A stretch of DNA of 64,000 nt from the human T2T-CHM13v2.0 reference genome, Homo sapiens (GCF_009914755.1 NC_060927.1), one strand, 5' to 3'. Positions 17,144 through 32,167 are shown, counted from the first letter of the stretch. Numbers and translations are program-made. The notes: generated by a model from the letters alone, not told the origin.

Positions 17144-17302
17144 TGACCAAATTTACTTCCTAAATTAATCCCTGGCTGTCTGGTATCTTTGATTAATTCA
17201 GCAAAAAAGGATGAGATTCCAGTATATAAGAGGTTTGCCAGAAGAAAAATATTAAATTTTGAAAAACCAGATTAGAAAAACAGTTGATATTATTTATCTA
17301 GT

Positions 17303-17613
17303 ATTTTATTTTACTTCATTTTATTTTATTTTATTTTTTGAGATGGAGTCTCGTTCTGTCTTGCAGTGGTGCGATCTCGGCTCACTACAACCGGGTTTTC
17401 CGCCTCCCGGGTTCAAGTGACTCTCCTGCCTCAGCCTCCCTAGTAGCTGGGATTACAGGAATGTACCACTACACCCAGCTAATTTTTGCATTTTTACTAG
17501 AGACAGGGTTTCACAATGTTGGCCAGTCTGGTCTCAAACTCCTGACCTCATGATCCACCTGCCTCAGCCTCACAAAGTGCTGGGATTACAGGCATGAGCC
17601 ACTGCACCCAGAC
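17303..17613 (-). mobile_element. Alu (S-like) with small indels
   Basis: Reverse dimer flanked by tatttatctagtatttt / tatttatctactatttt. Confidence 0.92.
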
Positions 17614-20169
17614 TATTTATCTACTATTTTAAGGCACATTTTATTTTTAATAAAATTTGAAAATATATTAATATTTAATTTATTTCAAATATTTTTCCTA
17701 AGCATACTATATATCCCATGTCTATTCTTTTCACTTAGTCAATTTCCCATGTCATTACATACTCTTTGTTAATAGTTTTTGTTAACTTTTTAAATAAAAG
17801 TATTACATGGTCATTTTATAATTGAGAGTACAGAAAGGTATAAGTGAAAAGTAAAGGGCTTTGCCCTCAGGATAAAATAGAATTAACAAAGTCCTATTTT
17901 TCCTATCAAGAAGTTTACATGCACACTCATGTAGATAGATACATACATACACATATGTGTACGTTCATAGCAGTTTGTATTCCTACCCACATATACGAAG
18001 GGAAGCATTTGAAATGAGCCATTCAAAGGTACTTAGTTTCTACTAGGCAAGGTCTAGACAAGAAACAGTCATGAGAATTCTGGGCTTTATGAAGTGAGAT
18101 CTGAATCTCAGGCATCTATCGAGGATGAGATCCACCTCCCCGATTGTGCTTCCTTAGAGTAAGACAAAATTTCTCAATTAGTTTTTCCTCCTATTCCAGA
18201 TTTTCCATTCAGCTAAGCAGGAGGCTTTCATCCACTAAACAAATTTCTGATCCTACCCAGTCTTAACAAGAGTGATTGTTTTCTCCTCTGCAATTTATTC
18301 GAAAGTCTATCAGTTACTTTGGTGGTTTCAGAAAGAAGTGCTTTTGTTGGGGATCCAGTTGGCCTCATTCTGAGCTGGCTGTGGATTCACAGAAGAACTT
18401 CACTTCAGCAAAGGCTCTTAGGGCCCCAGACTAAAAGAAAGATGAGCAAGATGTGCGTCATCTAAGAGTGGGCGGGGGTAAGGAATTGGGGATTAATGGG
18501 GGTGTCCCTAGAGGACCCAAAGAGGAGATTTTTAGATGAAAGTAACTGATTTGACCCAACTCAGTATTTGCTGGGGAAACTGGAGTTGCTACCTAAGATT
18601 GCTGCCATTGAACTTCAGCCTTAAAAACTGCTGATACCATTTGATTGGTACTTAGATTTGCCTGGGCTTAGCGTCTCTGCTGTTCACTCAGCTCTCAAAC
18701 CAAGCTGCTGAGAAAGATGACCTAGTTCTTCTCGAGTCTTTCTCCTCTCTCTCTTTCTCCCCTGAGCTTGGGGGCAAGAATTAGACTAAATGAAAGGAAC
18801 AGCAACCTATTCTAGAACCAAAGTTCAGGACTTGGTACCTTTTTAAGGGCATTTCATGTTCATTCTCTCATTCCATCCTGACAGCGCTCCTGGGCTTTTA
18901 ATTCTCATTTCACAGAAAGAAAAGTGAGGGTCGTAAACTTAAGTGATTTGTCTGAGATCTGACAAACTAGTGCCACCGTGGAACTAACACTGAAACCTGG
19001 GTGTCCTAACTGTCCCCTCTGGCCCTGGCCAGTGGACTGTGGTCAGCACACTCACTCTTGTGTTGGTGGCTGCAACCTGTTCTCTATTCACTATATCCCT
19101 AAGGTAGGCCCATACCTAGAAGCCAGGAACAGCGCTTCCTTGGTCATCATGGTAAACAATAACTTCCCTTGCACTCCCTAGTCTTACTGACAGGCTGGGC
19201 GGTGTCAAGAGTAATAAAACTGCCTCCAGCAAAGCCATGTTTGCAACTGGCGCCGCAGCATCATGCCAGCCACCCTAGCAAACTCCCAAAACCTACCCAG
19301 CAGCCAAAGCCAAGCGTAAAGCTCAGTGAAGCTGACAAGCCCCAGGACACTCTGGTGGATGTTTTGCCCCCTTGAGTGTTTGCTGTTTTGTGAAGAAAAA
19401 GTGTAGGAGAGTTCCAGCTGGAACTCTGCAGCAGGCAAAAGCTCTTTTTGTTAATTCAAAACAGTTTGGAATCCATTTCAGTTCTTCCTAAACCTCCAAG
19501 ATACGGGGGAGGAAATTCACTGGATTTTACAATATATTTTTCAAGGCAAATTGCCATCGCCGTCCTAATGACAGAGAAGCTGCCGATATCACTACAACGG
19601 CTGCAGATGGCAAGTCATCCAGCCTCCTCCTGTGCCCTCCTGAGTCTGGCTTGGTGACGCAAACCACCTCAAGGGCAGCTCCTTCTTTTTCCAGCAGTCC
19701 CAGCACTGTTCCTTCTCTGTGAAGCCACTTTGGATGGCTATTCTTGGCATGATCATAGACTTTTCTGCTGTTGAGTGGGCAAGGAGAATAGGGTAGAAGC
19801 AGGGGAATTGTTCTCATTGCTATGCATTTATAGATCAAAGAGGAGCAGATATTTTATGTTAATTGGATAACACCTAGTTCTATCAGGTCAGTAACCTGGG
19901 GTCCCTGGGGCTCCCCCATGGGTCATACCAGATAGATAGATTTTTTAAAAATTTGTTGGAATTAAAGTAGAATCAAAGCCTAGTGCTAGCCCAGAATAAG
20001 TTATTCAATAAATGCTTGTTGAGTGAATAATCATCCGAAATGATTATAATACTGCCTACCATTCGTTGAAAGCTTCAGTATGTGGGAGAATCTGTCCTGG
20101 GCACTTTATATACACCCATAATCTGTTTGGATTTCTTGGTAGGAAGACTACATGGCTGCATACATGGTC

Positions 20170-20330
20170 TTTCATTACCTCCATTTTATAGATGGAGAAA
20201 ATGGAAATTTAAAGAGGTTAAGCAGTTTGCCGAAGGTCACAGAGCTACTAATCGGTGAGGTCAAGGTTCAGACCCAGGTCTCTCAGACTTTAAAACTGGT
20301 GCACTTAACCATTAGACTCTACTTTTTGCG
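20170..20330. mobile_element. MIR
   Basis: ccattttatagatggagaaaatggaaatttaaagaggttaagcagtttgccgaaggtcacagag core. Confidence 0.7.
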
Positions 20331-20392
20331 TATTGAGATGTGGAAGCATCTCAATTAATTGCTTCAGTCTTGGAGTTCTTTGGCGGTTATCA

Positions 20393-20776
<384 letters not shown>

Positions 20777-23700
20777 TCAGATATTACGTATTAATATCCA
20801 AAGCCCTCCTTAAGACACCATTTTAATCTGTCTAACAAAATTAACACCCTAGGTTTTGACAATTGCTTGAGGAGGGAGTAGGGCCTGGTGATAGAGCTAA
20901 AGACTAGTGTTCTGGTTCTTTAATTTGTTCAGCCAGCAGGTACCTGGAAATAATGATACTGTTTGCAGAACTCCCCACAAAAATGGACAGTCAACTTTAA
21001 ATAACTAAGTAAACACATCTCTGCTTAATCAGATACCATCTTATACTAGGTTCTAATATAGATAAGTGGTTGCAGAAACATTTATGAGAGGAATGTTAAA
21101 TTGTCGAAATACCATCCAGTCCCTTCATTTCTTCCTGCCCTTCAGAAACAAACAGAATAACCCTGATGCAGCTGTCACGGCAGAACACTCATTCCAGCTC
21201 ACAGAACACCAGTGTTCAATCAGCACTGAGTTTGAGGAGCACCGGGTTTGGGAGTATTCATCTCTCTTCCCTGTCCCATAGCTGCCCTTCAAACTCTTGA
21301 GACTGTTCCCAGCTCTAAAATGGAAAGGGTCGTCTTCTCTCTGGAACAAAAGACAGGATGTACTTGCTTGAATAGGCCAGTGCTTTCCTGGAGGAAACTC
21401 CGGCTTATGGAGCCTCTGCTTCTGCACAGCCCAGTGCCTTCCACCCCCTCTTCATCTGCTAGCATCTACATTACTAGTTAACTGGAGAGGAGACCAAACC
21501 CAAAATATTACAAAACATAGATATTAAAAATACTGTGAACAACAATCAGCCCGCTTTCTCCCACCTCTCCTGTACCAGCTAAATATTTACCTCCCTCATC
21601 CGTAGAGGGTTTTTGGACAAGACAGGCTGGTGCCTACATGGTGAAAGTTGTTTTTCTCTCTTTTCTTGTAATATTGCAAATAAACAAGGATATCTGCTTT
21701 CTCTTGAGCAGGACAACAGCCAAAGAGTATTATTGCATAGTTCCTGTCCCCTATCTGGGCTACGATTGTGTCTGAGAGTAATAGCACTTATTTATTAACT
21801 GGAAGAAATTTTACAGGCACCTATGTTGTTTCTGCCTAGCTTCTGAGGCTCCTCTCTTAGGCCACTCCTCTCACCATGCCCCCACAGCTAGTTGGTAAAA
21901 TGGCTTTGAATAATGACTCGCTTTGAGTTATCTAGAAATGTCCCATTAGTTCACTATTTTCATAACCCCATAGACTTGGTTTGACAAGGGTGAGGTTTAT
22001 TTATGAGTTCTCAACTGGCACCCAATTTTTAAAAACCACAGAGCTGGGGGCGGGGATAGAATGATGGGGAGGAGATGAAACATCCTAGAATCATCTGATA
22101 TACTTTAAACATATACATATACAGGCTTTTGTTGTTTGTAAAATATAGAAGCATCTTTATCTGTGACTGGTTGAGAAATAAAATCCCTTCCCCAGCCCAG
22201 GCATGGTAGGTTGGGATCATCCCAGTGAGCGAGCAAGCAATTGGATTTGCCCTCAGAGACTGACTATGGGGTCGAATGCTGAGTCATTCCTGTCCCCACA
22301 CCAGCAGTCCTGGAAGAGGCTCAGTCGATCAGTCAGTGGGCTGCTTTCTGGAGCACTTTATCATTTTGGGCTCTCACAATGTGTGTTTAAACTCTGAGTG
22401 ACCCCAGGCAGCCTTCCAGACTGGCACAGTTCACCAAGACGTTCAGACAGATCATCTGCAAGTGAGGAAGAATGAAAACCCAGCACTGGTTCAAATCACT
22501 CCTAGCAGAGGTAGTGAAGGCATCACTCAGTCCTGGAGAAATCTTCGGAGGGCTCACCAGCGTCACAAGTAGGTAGACCAGAAGAGGCAGGCTGGCCCAT
22601 TGCAAAGCCCTGGAATCAGAGGGACAGGAGTTCCAAATCCCCACTCTCTCTCTTCCTAGATGTGTGCTTGCGGCAATTATTTATCTCTCTGAGCCTTAAT
22701 TTCCTTATCAGGACCCTGAGCAAACCAAATAACATGATGTGAAGCCTCTGGCACAATGCCTGGGACATGTTCAGCACACAATAAATGCTAATTTTCCCTT
22801 TTGCCCTATATGATATGATTTGAAGCAGCGCCACTCAATCCTGCCAGTCACATTGCTGGAAATGCCACCAACAGTCATTCTTAAGATCGCTTATTACAAT
22901 ATAAATACCCCTAGGGGATATCAGCTAATCGCTTTATCAACTATCGCTTTAAGGGGATTAGGTGTGGATTGAGAACAAAACCCAGAAGGAAAGAGATCCT
23001 GGAGGAAGGGGAGGGCTTGGAAGTGGGGAGGATTCGGACGTCCTGTGGCCCCCGAAGGAGACGGGGAATGGCAGGTCTGCTGGATTCCCAGCCTTCAGGA
23101 ATTCCCATGAACTTCTTGGGGACTTCATGTGTTTAGACCATATTTAGAGAGCGTGCATGTGTTTTGAGATCACAGGTTTTTCTGAGAGACATTGGGAAGG
23201 AGGACAGCGGGGGAGTGGAGTGGAGAGAAGTCATACCTGGCAGCTTTTAACTTCACTTACTGCCCTTCATGTGCTGTTGCCATTTCCAGAAGTTGAGGGA
23301 GTAAGGAAGGGTAGGAGTTCTTGGTATTCCCTTATCTCTTCCTTTCCCTCCCCTTATCCTGCCCAGAGCATCGCAGGGTAGAGCCACCAGACGGATTCAG
23401 GGCATGGAGATGGCAGGTTAGTGGTAGACTTGGAAGGGATCGTTCTTCCTATTTCAGCACCACCCTTCTTCCTCTACCTCCCACCCTGCATTTCCAGCCC
23501 CAGTCAGATTCCTTCTTGGACAGAGAAGGAGCAGAAATGTACGTACATCACTAGGCTTAAGGGGGGACTGCAGATGGCTCCCCTGGTCCTGACAAAAAGG
23601 TGGGGAGCAAACCGCATGGCTGGACGTAAATTGAGTGACCTGGAATGACTAGAACGACAGGGGGCCTCTAACCCCAGGGTGCACAGAGGTAGGGACCCAA

Positions 23701-24758
23701 GGGCTTTCCGGGGTCGGACAGAAATCTCGGGTTCCATTTTCACTCTGAGAGACCCAGAAATGACAGAGCCCATGCTCAGTTTCCACTGGTGGTGCTGTTG
23801 AGTGGAGGGGCTTTGAACATGGCACACAGGAAAGGGTTGCCCACCCTGTCACCAGATGGGCTTGCACTGTTTTGTGGTTTGGGAGTTGCATATTGGAGGT
23901 GGGAGTGGAGTGTTGAGATGAGGCAAGTTGAGATGTAATCGCTATTTAATGGGCAGATCAAAGAAAACATTGGCTGGTTTGATTTTTATTATGGTTATCC
24001 CGCTCCACCATCCTGGCCCAGTCATATATATTATTGTTATCAGGCATAGATAGGGGAAGCAATTAAATGTGAAACTGTTATTTAAACCGGCAAGTGTCAG
24101 AATGTTAACCCACTTCAGAGCGAAGGCTCTACCAGCAACATGTGTGTTCACTGCAGAATGTGCTGGTTACAGATGATCTTTATCTGTTTGTCAAAGCATT
24201 TGCAAGATCTCTATTTTATGTCATCCCCTTTCCCTGAAAGCAGCAGCAGTAAACGACATTGCTCCTCAAATCATCCATGGCTCAGACCTCTGATTAATTT
24301 AAGCTGGCCCTGCTAGCGTTCTTATAAATCCCCAGCAAGATGCAGGCCCAGGAGTGGAAAGGGGAAAACATCCGGAAAGCAGCGGGGGGCAGGGAGGGGG
24401 AAGGCTGAAGGGAAAAGAAAAAGGCTGAAGGGAGCAATAATTGAGGAAGAAAGAATAGGAAAAATGTAGAAAGGACCCAAGAAAATCAGAGAAATGAGAG
24501 GAAAAGAAAGGTAAGAAGAAAATGAGGCAAGTTTACAGAGCAGTAATGAAAATAGTAATAGCTAATTTACTGTACAACAGACACTGTGCTAAGCACTTTC
24601 CGTATGTCCCTCAGTCCTCTGACCAACACTATGAGTTAAATTACCGCTACAGCTCCAATTGTTAAAGTGAGGAAACTGAAGTATAGAAAGGTTAAGGAAC
24701 TTGCCCAAGGTTACCTAGCTTGCAAAGTTGTAATTCCAACTGCGTCTCACTCAGCTGG

Positions 24759-24928
24759 CAGTGTGCACCCTTGGCCACACATTAGAATCACCCAAGAGCT
24801 ATTAAAAATCCTGAAGGTCATACCCCAGGCAAGTGAATCAGAATCTCTAGGGATGGGTCCCAGGCATTCGTTTGCTTTTTTAGTCTCCCCAGATAATTTT
24901 AATATGTAGCCAAAATTGATAATCCCTG
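24759..24928. mobile_element. MER5A-like hAT MITE
   Basis: cacattagaatcacccaagagctattaaaaat...gaatcagaatctctagggatggg signature. Confidence 0.7.
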
Positions 24929-27282
24929 CACTAGACCAAGCTCCGATTCAAATTTAAATATTAAGAGGACACATGTATAACTTTGCTGAATAATTTTTTC
25001 CTATCGGTAGGATGGTGGGAAGGAATTGCTATAGGCCACACCATGATACTTTGCTGAATTGGATCAGAAAAGTACCCTCAAATTCCCAGCATCATTTCTT
25101 CAAGGAAGTAGTGAATTGGGGCACCGTGGGTTTTTTGTTTTGTTATTGTTCTTAAACCACCTTGCCTATGTGCACTCAACTACAGGAACGAGAACTTGCC
25201 TGAAACCCCAAACGTGTCTGCATCAGGCATTATTTTTCTTGAGCTCCTGAATTTCTGCTCTAACCAAGAACAACTCAAAAACCTTCAATTTCATAACTGT
25301 TGATATGCCACCCACTCCTACTTACACTCCTGACCCCAACCCCATGGAAACTGCCTTTATTCGAACAAACACAAGAATTATAATATGTTCTAAAGTTCCT
25401 CTACCTATTTCATTCTCACCATACGCTTATGAAAGAAATGTCATTGTCTTGAAAACTAAGCCTAAACCCAGAAAGATTAGATGATTTGTCCACAGGCACA
25501 CAGAAACTAAGTGGAAGAGAAACAGGACTCAAGTCTTCAGTTTCCCAATCCACTGCCTCCTAGAACATGCCTGTGAACTGAGGGAGCAGTGCAATAAAGG
25601 AAACTTGAGAGGAAGCGCAAAAGGAACTTAAATTGCAAAGTACTGGGTTCCCTAAGTAGCCCTGCCTCCCCTCCAGTTTTCAGCCCACACCTGAACTAAG
25701 GTCTTTCATTGTCTGTGGATCAATTTACAGCTGCCCTGCAATCACATTTGTTTTGTTTGTTTGTTTGTTTTGGTTTTGAACGCCCTAGGGACAGTCGGTT
25801 TCAGATTAGTCTCTATCAGAGAGCCAATAGGGAAAGATGCAGAAAGCCAGGAGAGCAGCTCCTAGAATAGAGACAAAACCACCTGCATTTTTTCTGCCTC
25901 TTCTTCAGGAGACTCCACTGTGGTCATCTGGTTCCCTAATTGAGACACCTCCTGAGAAAATCTGTGCTAGGGAAACACCCAGCCCAGGTGGGCAGATCTC
26001 AAGAGGACCAGAACGTTTGAATCTGCTTCAGATAAACCCTCCACTTAACAGTACCAGATCTGGACGAGATGGAAGCTTTGTAGATTTGCCCATAATCCAC
26101 AGTGCTCTGTAATCAATTCCAGGACCGTGTGGATGGAGACCGGAAAGGTTTCTTTCCCAATTCTTCACAGCCTGGGGAGTAGGGAACTAGTAATTGACTC
26201 CAGCCTCCTCGAGTGCTAAGTCCTGGAGTCTGAGTCACACACACTTCCCAAAAGGGCCTTCTAAGCAGCCTACCCCAGCAGAGAGGACCCTTGGCCCTGG
26301 CCCTACTCCAGACTCAACTGTAACCTCAGCAAGGTGCAGGGAGAGGATCTCAGGTGGGCCTCCTGGCAACAGTGCCTTTTCAGGCACTAGGCTGTTGGGA
26401 ATGGAGAGAGAAGAGAAAGGCCCTGGCACTGTCTGGGTATTTGGATGGATTTCTGTGGCACAACTGTGGCACCTGGCTTAGCTCAGTAAAGGACTGAGTG
26501 TGCGTGGAGCAGAAAGGGGAAAGAGACTAGTGGGGAGCTGGTGACCAGTTGGAGGGTGGAGGGTAGGGAACAACCCTGGCAGATCCATTTTGCCCTTGAC
26601 TAGAGCTTAAAGACCAAAGGAAGCGTTCTTGTTTTTAAGTAAGTCAGGTGTTCTAAGTTTAATGTTAATATGCTTTTTCAATTAGATGTTTGAGTATATT
26701 TCCCCAGTTGAATTATGTAGAGGGAATTACAAATGAGAATACATCTTACAATTTTTGAATTAGAATCTTTGAGATTATCTATTTAGTCCGGTCTGTTTTG
26801 TTTAGACAAGAAAATTGAGCCCATTGATCTTAATCAGTTTGCCCAAGGTCACAGAGCTGGTGAGTGAAAGCTTTAGATGTAGAATATGCAACTTTTCTCT
26901 GCTGCCCTCCTTCCCTAAACCATCTTGCCTTAACGGAGGCTCAGTCAGGGGGACAATGGGACTGATCTGTAAATGATCTAACTTGTCATTGCAGAAAATA
27001 TACTTACTCCGTGGCCACAAAATTTCAGCCCTTCAGCCAAGCTTCATCCATCACATCATAAAGAATAACTTGCCAAAGAGGGGTTTGAAAATCCAAACCA
27101 GATCCCTCTCCACTCCTAGAGAGGCCAGTTCCATGACACTGCACCGGAGCCAAGTGTTTCCAGCAAGCCCTGATCAGTTGCATGTTAGTCCTTGTTTGTA
27201 TGATAAACGGGACCTAGTAGATTAACATCATCTCCTCAGCCCAAGGGCTGACCCCAGTGGTGCTGCTCAAGAGGAAGGAGGA

Positions 27283-27420
27283 GGCTGGGAGCGGTGGCTC
27301 CCGCTTGTCATCCCAGCACTTTGAGGGGCTGAGGAGGGCAAATCTCTTGAGCCCAGCATTCAAGAGCAGCCTGGAAAATGTAGAGATTCTGTCTCTACCA
27401 AAAAAAAAAAAAAAAAAAAA
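27283..27420 (+). mobile_element. Alu left monomer (FLAM_C-like)
   Basis: Single arm plus poly-A. Confidence 0.88.
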
Positions 27421-28979
27421 GAAGCAGGTGGAGGAAGGAGGAGCTGCAGAAAGGCTCCGGGAGCCAGTGTCTAGTAAGCAGAGGCCTAGCCCAGGCTGAG
27501 TGGTCCCAGCCCAGGAGGGCCTCTCTCGGCACCTGTCTTTAGATGCACGTCTGCCTCTGGCCTTTGAGATGCACACATTCATCAAGCAGGAGGATCTGTA
27601 GTCATTAAACCAAGGTGCCAGTCTGGGGCCCAGCCTTCAATGAAGCATCAGTGGCTTTTTCATTCCCATAGAGCAACTGCGAGGAAGACCCCATGCTCCC
27701 AGGGGCCCAATTCTCCAGGCCAGGACCAGATCATTTGTTCCTTCTCAGAATCTGAGATCTTTTGCTGATGGTTCCAAAATTGAATGCTGAAATCTAAAAA
27801 GAAAATTATACTTACTCTGGTCAATGGGATATGTTGGAGACCTGAGAGTGAAAAAATCAAACTGAAGACCAGTTTCCTTCTTTAATGGAAGAAAAGTAAG
27901 AAAGTTAACTTAGAAGAATATTTAGAGTTCTGAAAATCCCACTCTGAGACCACTCTGCCATCTCACATTGTTCTCTTGAGCCTTATCTCAATGGATAAAG
28001 GTCACTAGAGTTTATTAGACACAGGAAAACATCGTTTACAGACTTCTTCATTGTGTAGGGATTCTGCCTTCAGGCCTGTTCACCAGCCAGGAGAATTGTG
28101 CTTTTTGATCCAGGGCTCTTGGCCAGAACAGCCTTCTCGCTCATTAACTCAGTCAACCAAATGCTTCCTGTGTTTCCACTGGTGGTTCAGAACGTAGTCT
28201 CTGCCCTCTGATACCTCACGGTCTAACGGGGGAGAAACAAGAAAGTCAGAACTTACAATACAAGATAATAAGGAATAAGAGCAGAGCCTTTGGAACCAGA
28301 CAGACTTAGATCCAAATGTCAGCTCTGCATTTACTAGCAAGTGGTCTATCTTGGTAAGATGCAACTCTTTTCTCTAAGTCTTAATTTCTCCCTCTGTAAA
28401 GTATGACCTCATGGGGTTATTGTGAAGATTAAATGGCATATCGTATATAAGGCCCTTGGCACGATCTTTGGAAAATAATAACCATTCAGTGAATGTAATC
28501 TACTAGTATAGTAGCGATTGAGGTGTTTATAGGGTGCTATGAGGGCCCAGAGAAAGGAGATGAGATGAACAGGAGAGAGGAAGGGATACTGTTGAGGAAG
28601 GATTTCAGGATGGAATCCCACCACAGGCTGTATTTTGAAGAAATGGTTGAAGTCAATAAGAAGAGTGAAGGGAAGGTGAGAATGTTTCAGGCAGGAAGAA
28701 TAAAATCTGAATAAGTGCAGAGTCCTGACAGAACATAGGGTGTTTGAGGAACTTGGTATGGAAATAGATTAATATGGCTTAACATGGAGCAAAATGAAAC
28801 AGAACTGAGACTAGAGGATGACCAGGACCAGGTCATGAAGGACATTAAAGGTGGGTAAAACTCATACCATGAAGGAGAGAAGAGTTACAGTTTTTAAAAG
28901 AAAATAAATAGCCTTCAGGAGCTCAAATTTGAAATCAATACGAGATAGATGATCAAGTGAATGTTCTGTCTTCTTGATG

Positions 28980-30800
28980 AGCCTGACTGAGAAAACCTTA
29001 TAATCTAACCCAAGGCAACAAACTGAGAAATTAGAAAATAAAACTTAGAGATTAGAAAACAAAAACTGAAACCCAAACTTTTTACTTGGAAATTTAAAAA
29101 CATGCTTCTATATAACTCTTAGGTTAAAAATGAAATCAAAATTGTAAGACAAGCTGTTTAGAAAAGAACTATGAGAGTACCGTTTATCAAAGCCCATGGG
29201 ATGAAACCAAAGTGGCACTAAGAAGAAAATGTGGAGGCTTCAATGCATTTATTAGAATACAAAGAATACCAAATCAAATGAATTAAGCATTCAACTCAAG
29301 AAAACTAGAAAAAGAGAAGAAAGTAAACCTAAAGAAAGTTTTAAAAAGGAATTCAATAAATTAAAAACAAAACACACAATTTTTAAAAACAGACTTGATT
29401 AATAAAACCAAAAGCTATGTCTTTTTTAAAAAAGCAAAAAATAGATAAACCTTTGACAAATCAGATTTTTTTAATGAGAGAATGCACAAATAAAGAGCTC
29501 TAAGAGCTGGGCATGGTGACTCATGCCTATATTCCCAGCACTTTGGGAGGCTGAGGCAGGAGGATTGGTTGAGGCCAGGAGTTTAAGACCAGCCTGGGCT
29601 ACGTAGCAAGACCCCACCTCTACAAAAAATTTCGAAATTAGTTGGGTGTGGCGGCTCATGCCTATAGTCCCAGCTACTTGGGAGGCTAAAGCAGGAGGAT
29701 CACCTGAACCCAGGAGTTGGAGGCTGCAGTGAGCCATGATCATGCCACTGCACTGGGCAACAGATTAAGACTCTGTCACAAAAAAAAAAGCGTTAAGTTA
29801 AGGAGCGTGAATAAAAATAATACATTTCATATTCTAAGACAATATCATCTACAACTTTATTCCAATATAAATTACTAAAACTTTACCATATAAGTAGTAG
29901 AAAGCCTGAATAGATAAAAGCTATGGAAGAAAAATTAAAGATAGTGATAGATTTATCACCAAGCTCAGATGGTTCTGCAAACAAATTCTAAGAAACCGTC
30001 AGGGAACAGATCATTACTGCGTTGACACAGAAGGCAAACCTCTCAACTTGGTGTATAAGGCTAGTTAACATTGTTACTAAAACAGGCAAAGAATGGCCCC
30101 CAAAATAACTCTAAACCAGTATCACCTACAAATACAAAAACTCTATATAAAATATTAGCAAGTGAGTACAAGAGTATAAGGAACTCTATTAATGTAATTC
30201 ACTGTGCTAGGTTAAGATAAAACCATAACTCTTCAGATATCATAGCTCTTTAGATAGAAAAATGTAAAAGTATTTGATAAAAATTCAACAACATTCCTGA
30301 CTAAAACAAATTAAAATTGTAAAACCCCTGGAAAGCCAGGAGTAAAACATGTTCTCCATAATCTATAGCAAACATCATAGTTGCTGATAAACCATTAGAA
30401 GCATTTCCTTCAAAGTTAGGAATAAAACAAGAATTGCTACTATTGCTACTATTATTTAATCCCATATTGGAGGTTTTAGCCAACACACTATGGCAAGAAG
30501 AGGAAATGAGAAAGGTTAATGCTGCAAAAGAAGAAATAAATAAAGCTACCATTGCTGATATAATTATCTATCCAAAAAAAGTAGAAATCCATGATTAAAA
30601 GCTATTTGAACTGATAAAAGTTCAGAAAATTGGAATTGTTTCAATATACTAAAATCAATTAGTTTTCTGCACATCAGTGGGGATATATTAGATGTAATGA
30701 AAATGAAGGGTCCATTCACAATAGAAGCTATAAAGTATTTGAGAATAAATCTAACAAGATCTACATAAAGAAAAAAGTAAACTGCTTAAAAGTAATTTAA
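28980..30800 (+). mobile_element. Ancient L1 (L1M) ORF2 remnant, interrupted by an Alu
   Basis: A-rich, with L1 ORF2-like motifs (tggaaatttaaaaacatgcttc, catgggatgaaaccaaagtggcactaagaagaaaat, atttgataaaaattcaaca, atattggaggttttagccaa); no intact frame. Confidence 0.8.
29505..29789 (+). mobile_element. Alu (J-like) inside the L1
   Basis: Dimer with A tail. Confidence 0.93.
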
Positions 30801-31102
30801 GTTCACCATTTGCAAATTGAACTAAAGAAAAATCTAAAGAAGAACTAGTGAAAATTGCTTGCAATCTTACCACTGAAAAGAAACCTCTGTTAAAATGTAT
30901 CAGTATTTTAAAACTGTGTTTTGTCCTTTGGAAATATGCCATATTAAGCAAACATAGCATAAGCAAATTAAGCAAAAAGACAAACCTTTTTTTAAAAGCA
31001 TATTTGTGAAAAAAGCATATTTGAAGCTATGATAAGAAACTGAGTAGAAGCTATAAAACGTAGATTCATCAGGAAGGAGCAGAAGTTGAAAAGGAGATTT
31101 CT

Positions 31103-31507
<405 letters not shown>

Positions 31508-31617
31508 TTACATCCTGGCCAGAAAAAGGCCCTGCAAAGAGCTCTGATCATTTTGGTTCTGATTCCATCCTTAGTTCTTACCCATTATCTGCTTACCCTT
31601 CCTCCCCACCTATTTAA

Positions 31618-31992
<375 letters not shown>

Positions 31993-32033
31993 CAGAGAGT
32001 CCTGAGCCACTGCCAACATTTCCCTTCTTCCAG

Positions 32034-32041
32034 TTGCACTA
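32034..32041 (+). promoter_or_regulatory. miR-130/301 family 8mer seed site TTGCACTA
   Basis: Exact seed complement in the 3' UTR; miR-130 repression of PPARG is established. Confidence 0.8.
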
Positions 32042-32073
32042 TTCTGAGGGAAAATCTGACACCTAAGAAATTT

Positions 32074-32081
32074 ACTGTGAA
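32074..32081 (+). promoter_or_regulatory. miR-27a/b 8mer seed site ACTGTGAA
   Basis: Exact seed complement in the 3' UTR; miR-27 repression of PPARG is established. Confidence 0.8.
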
Positions 32082-32167
32082 AAAGCATTTTAAAAAGAAA
32101 AGGTTTTAGAATATGATCTATTTTATGCATATTGTTTATAAAGACACATTTACAATTTACTTTTAAT

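Noticed and set aside
28980-30800. Possible functional reverse transcriptase
   Set aside because: Heavily decayed L1 ORF2 remnant with no open frame.
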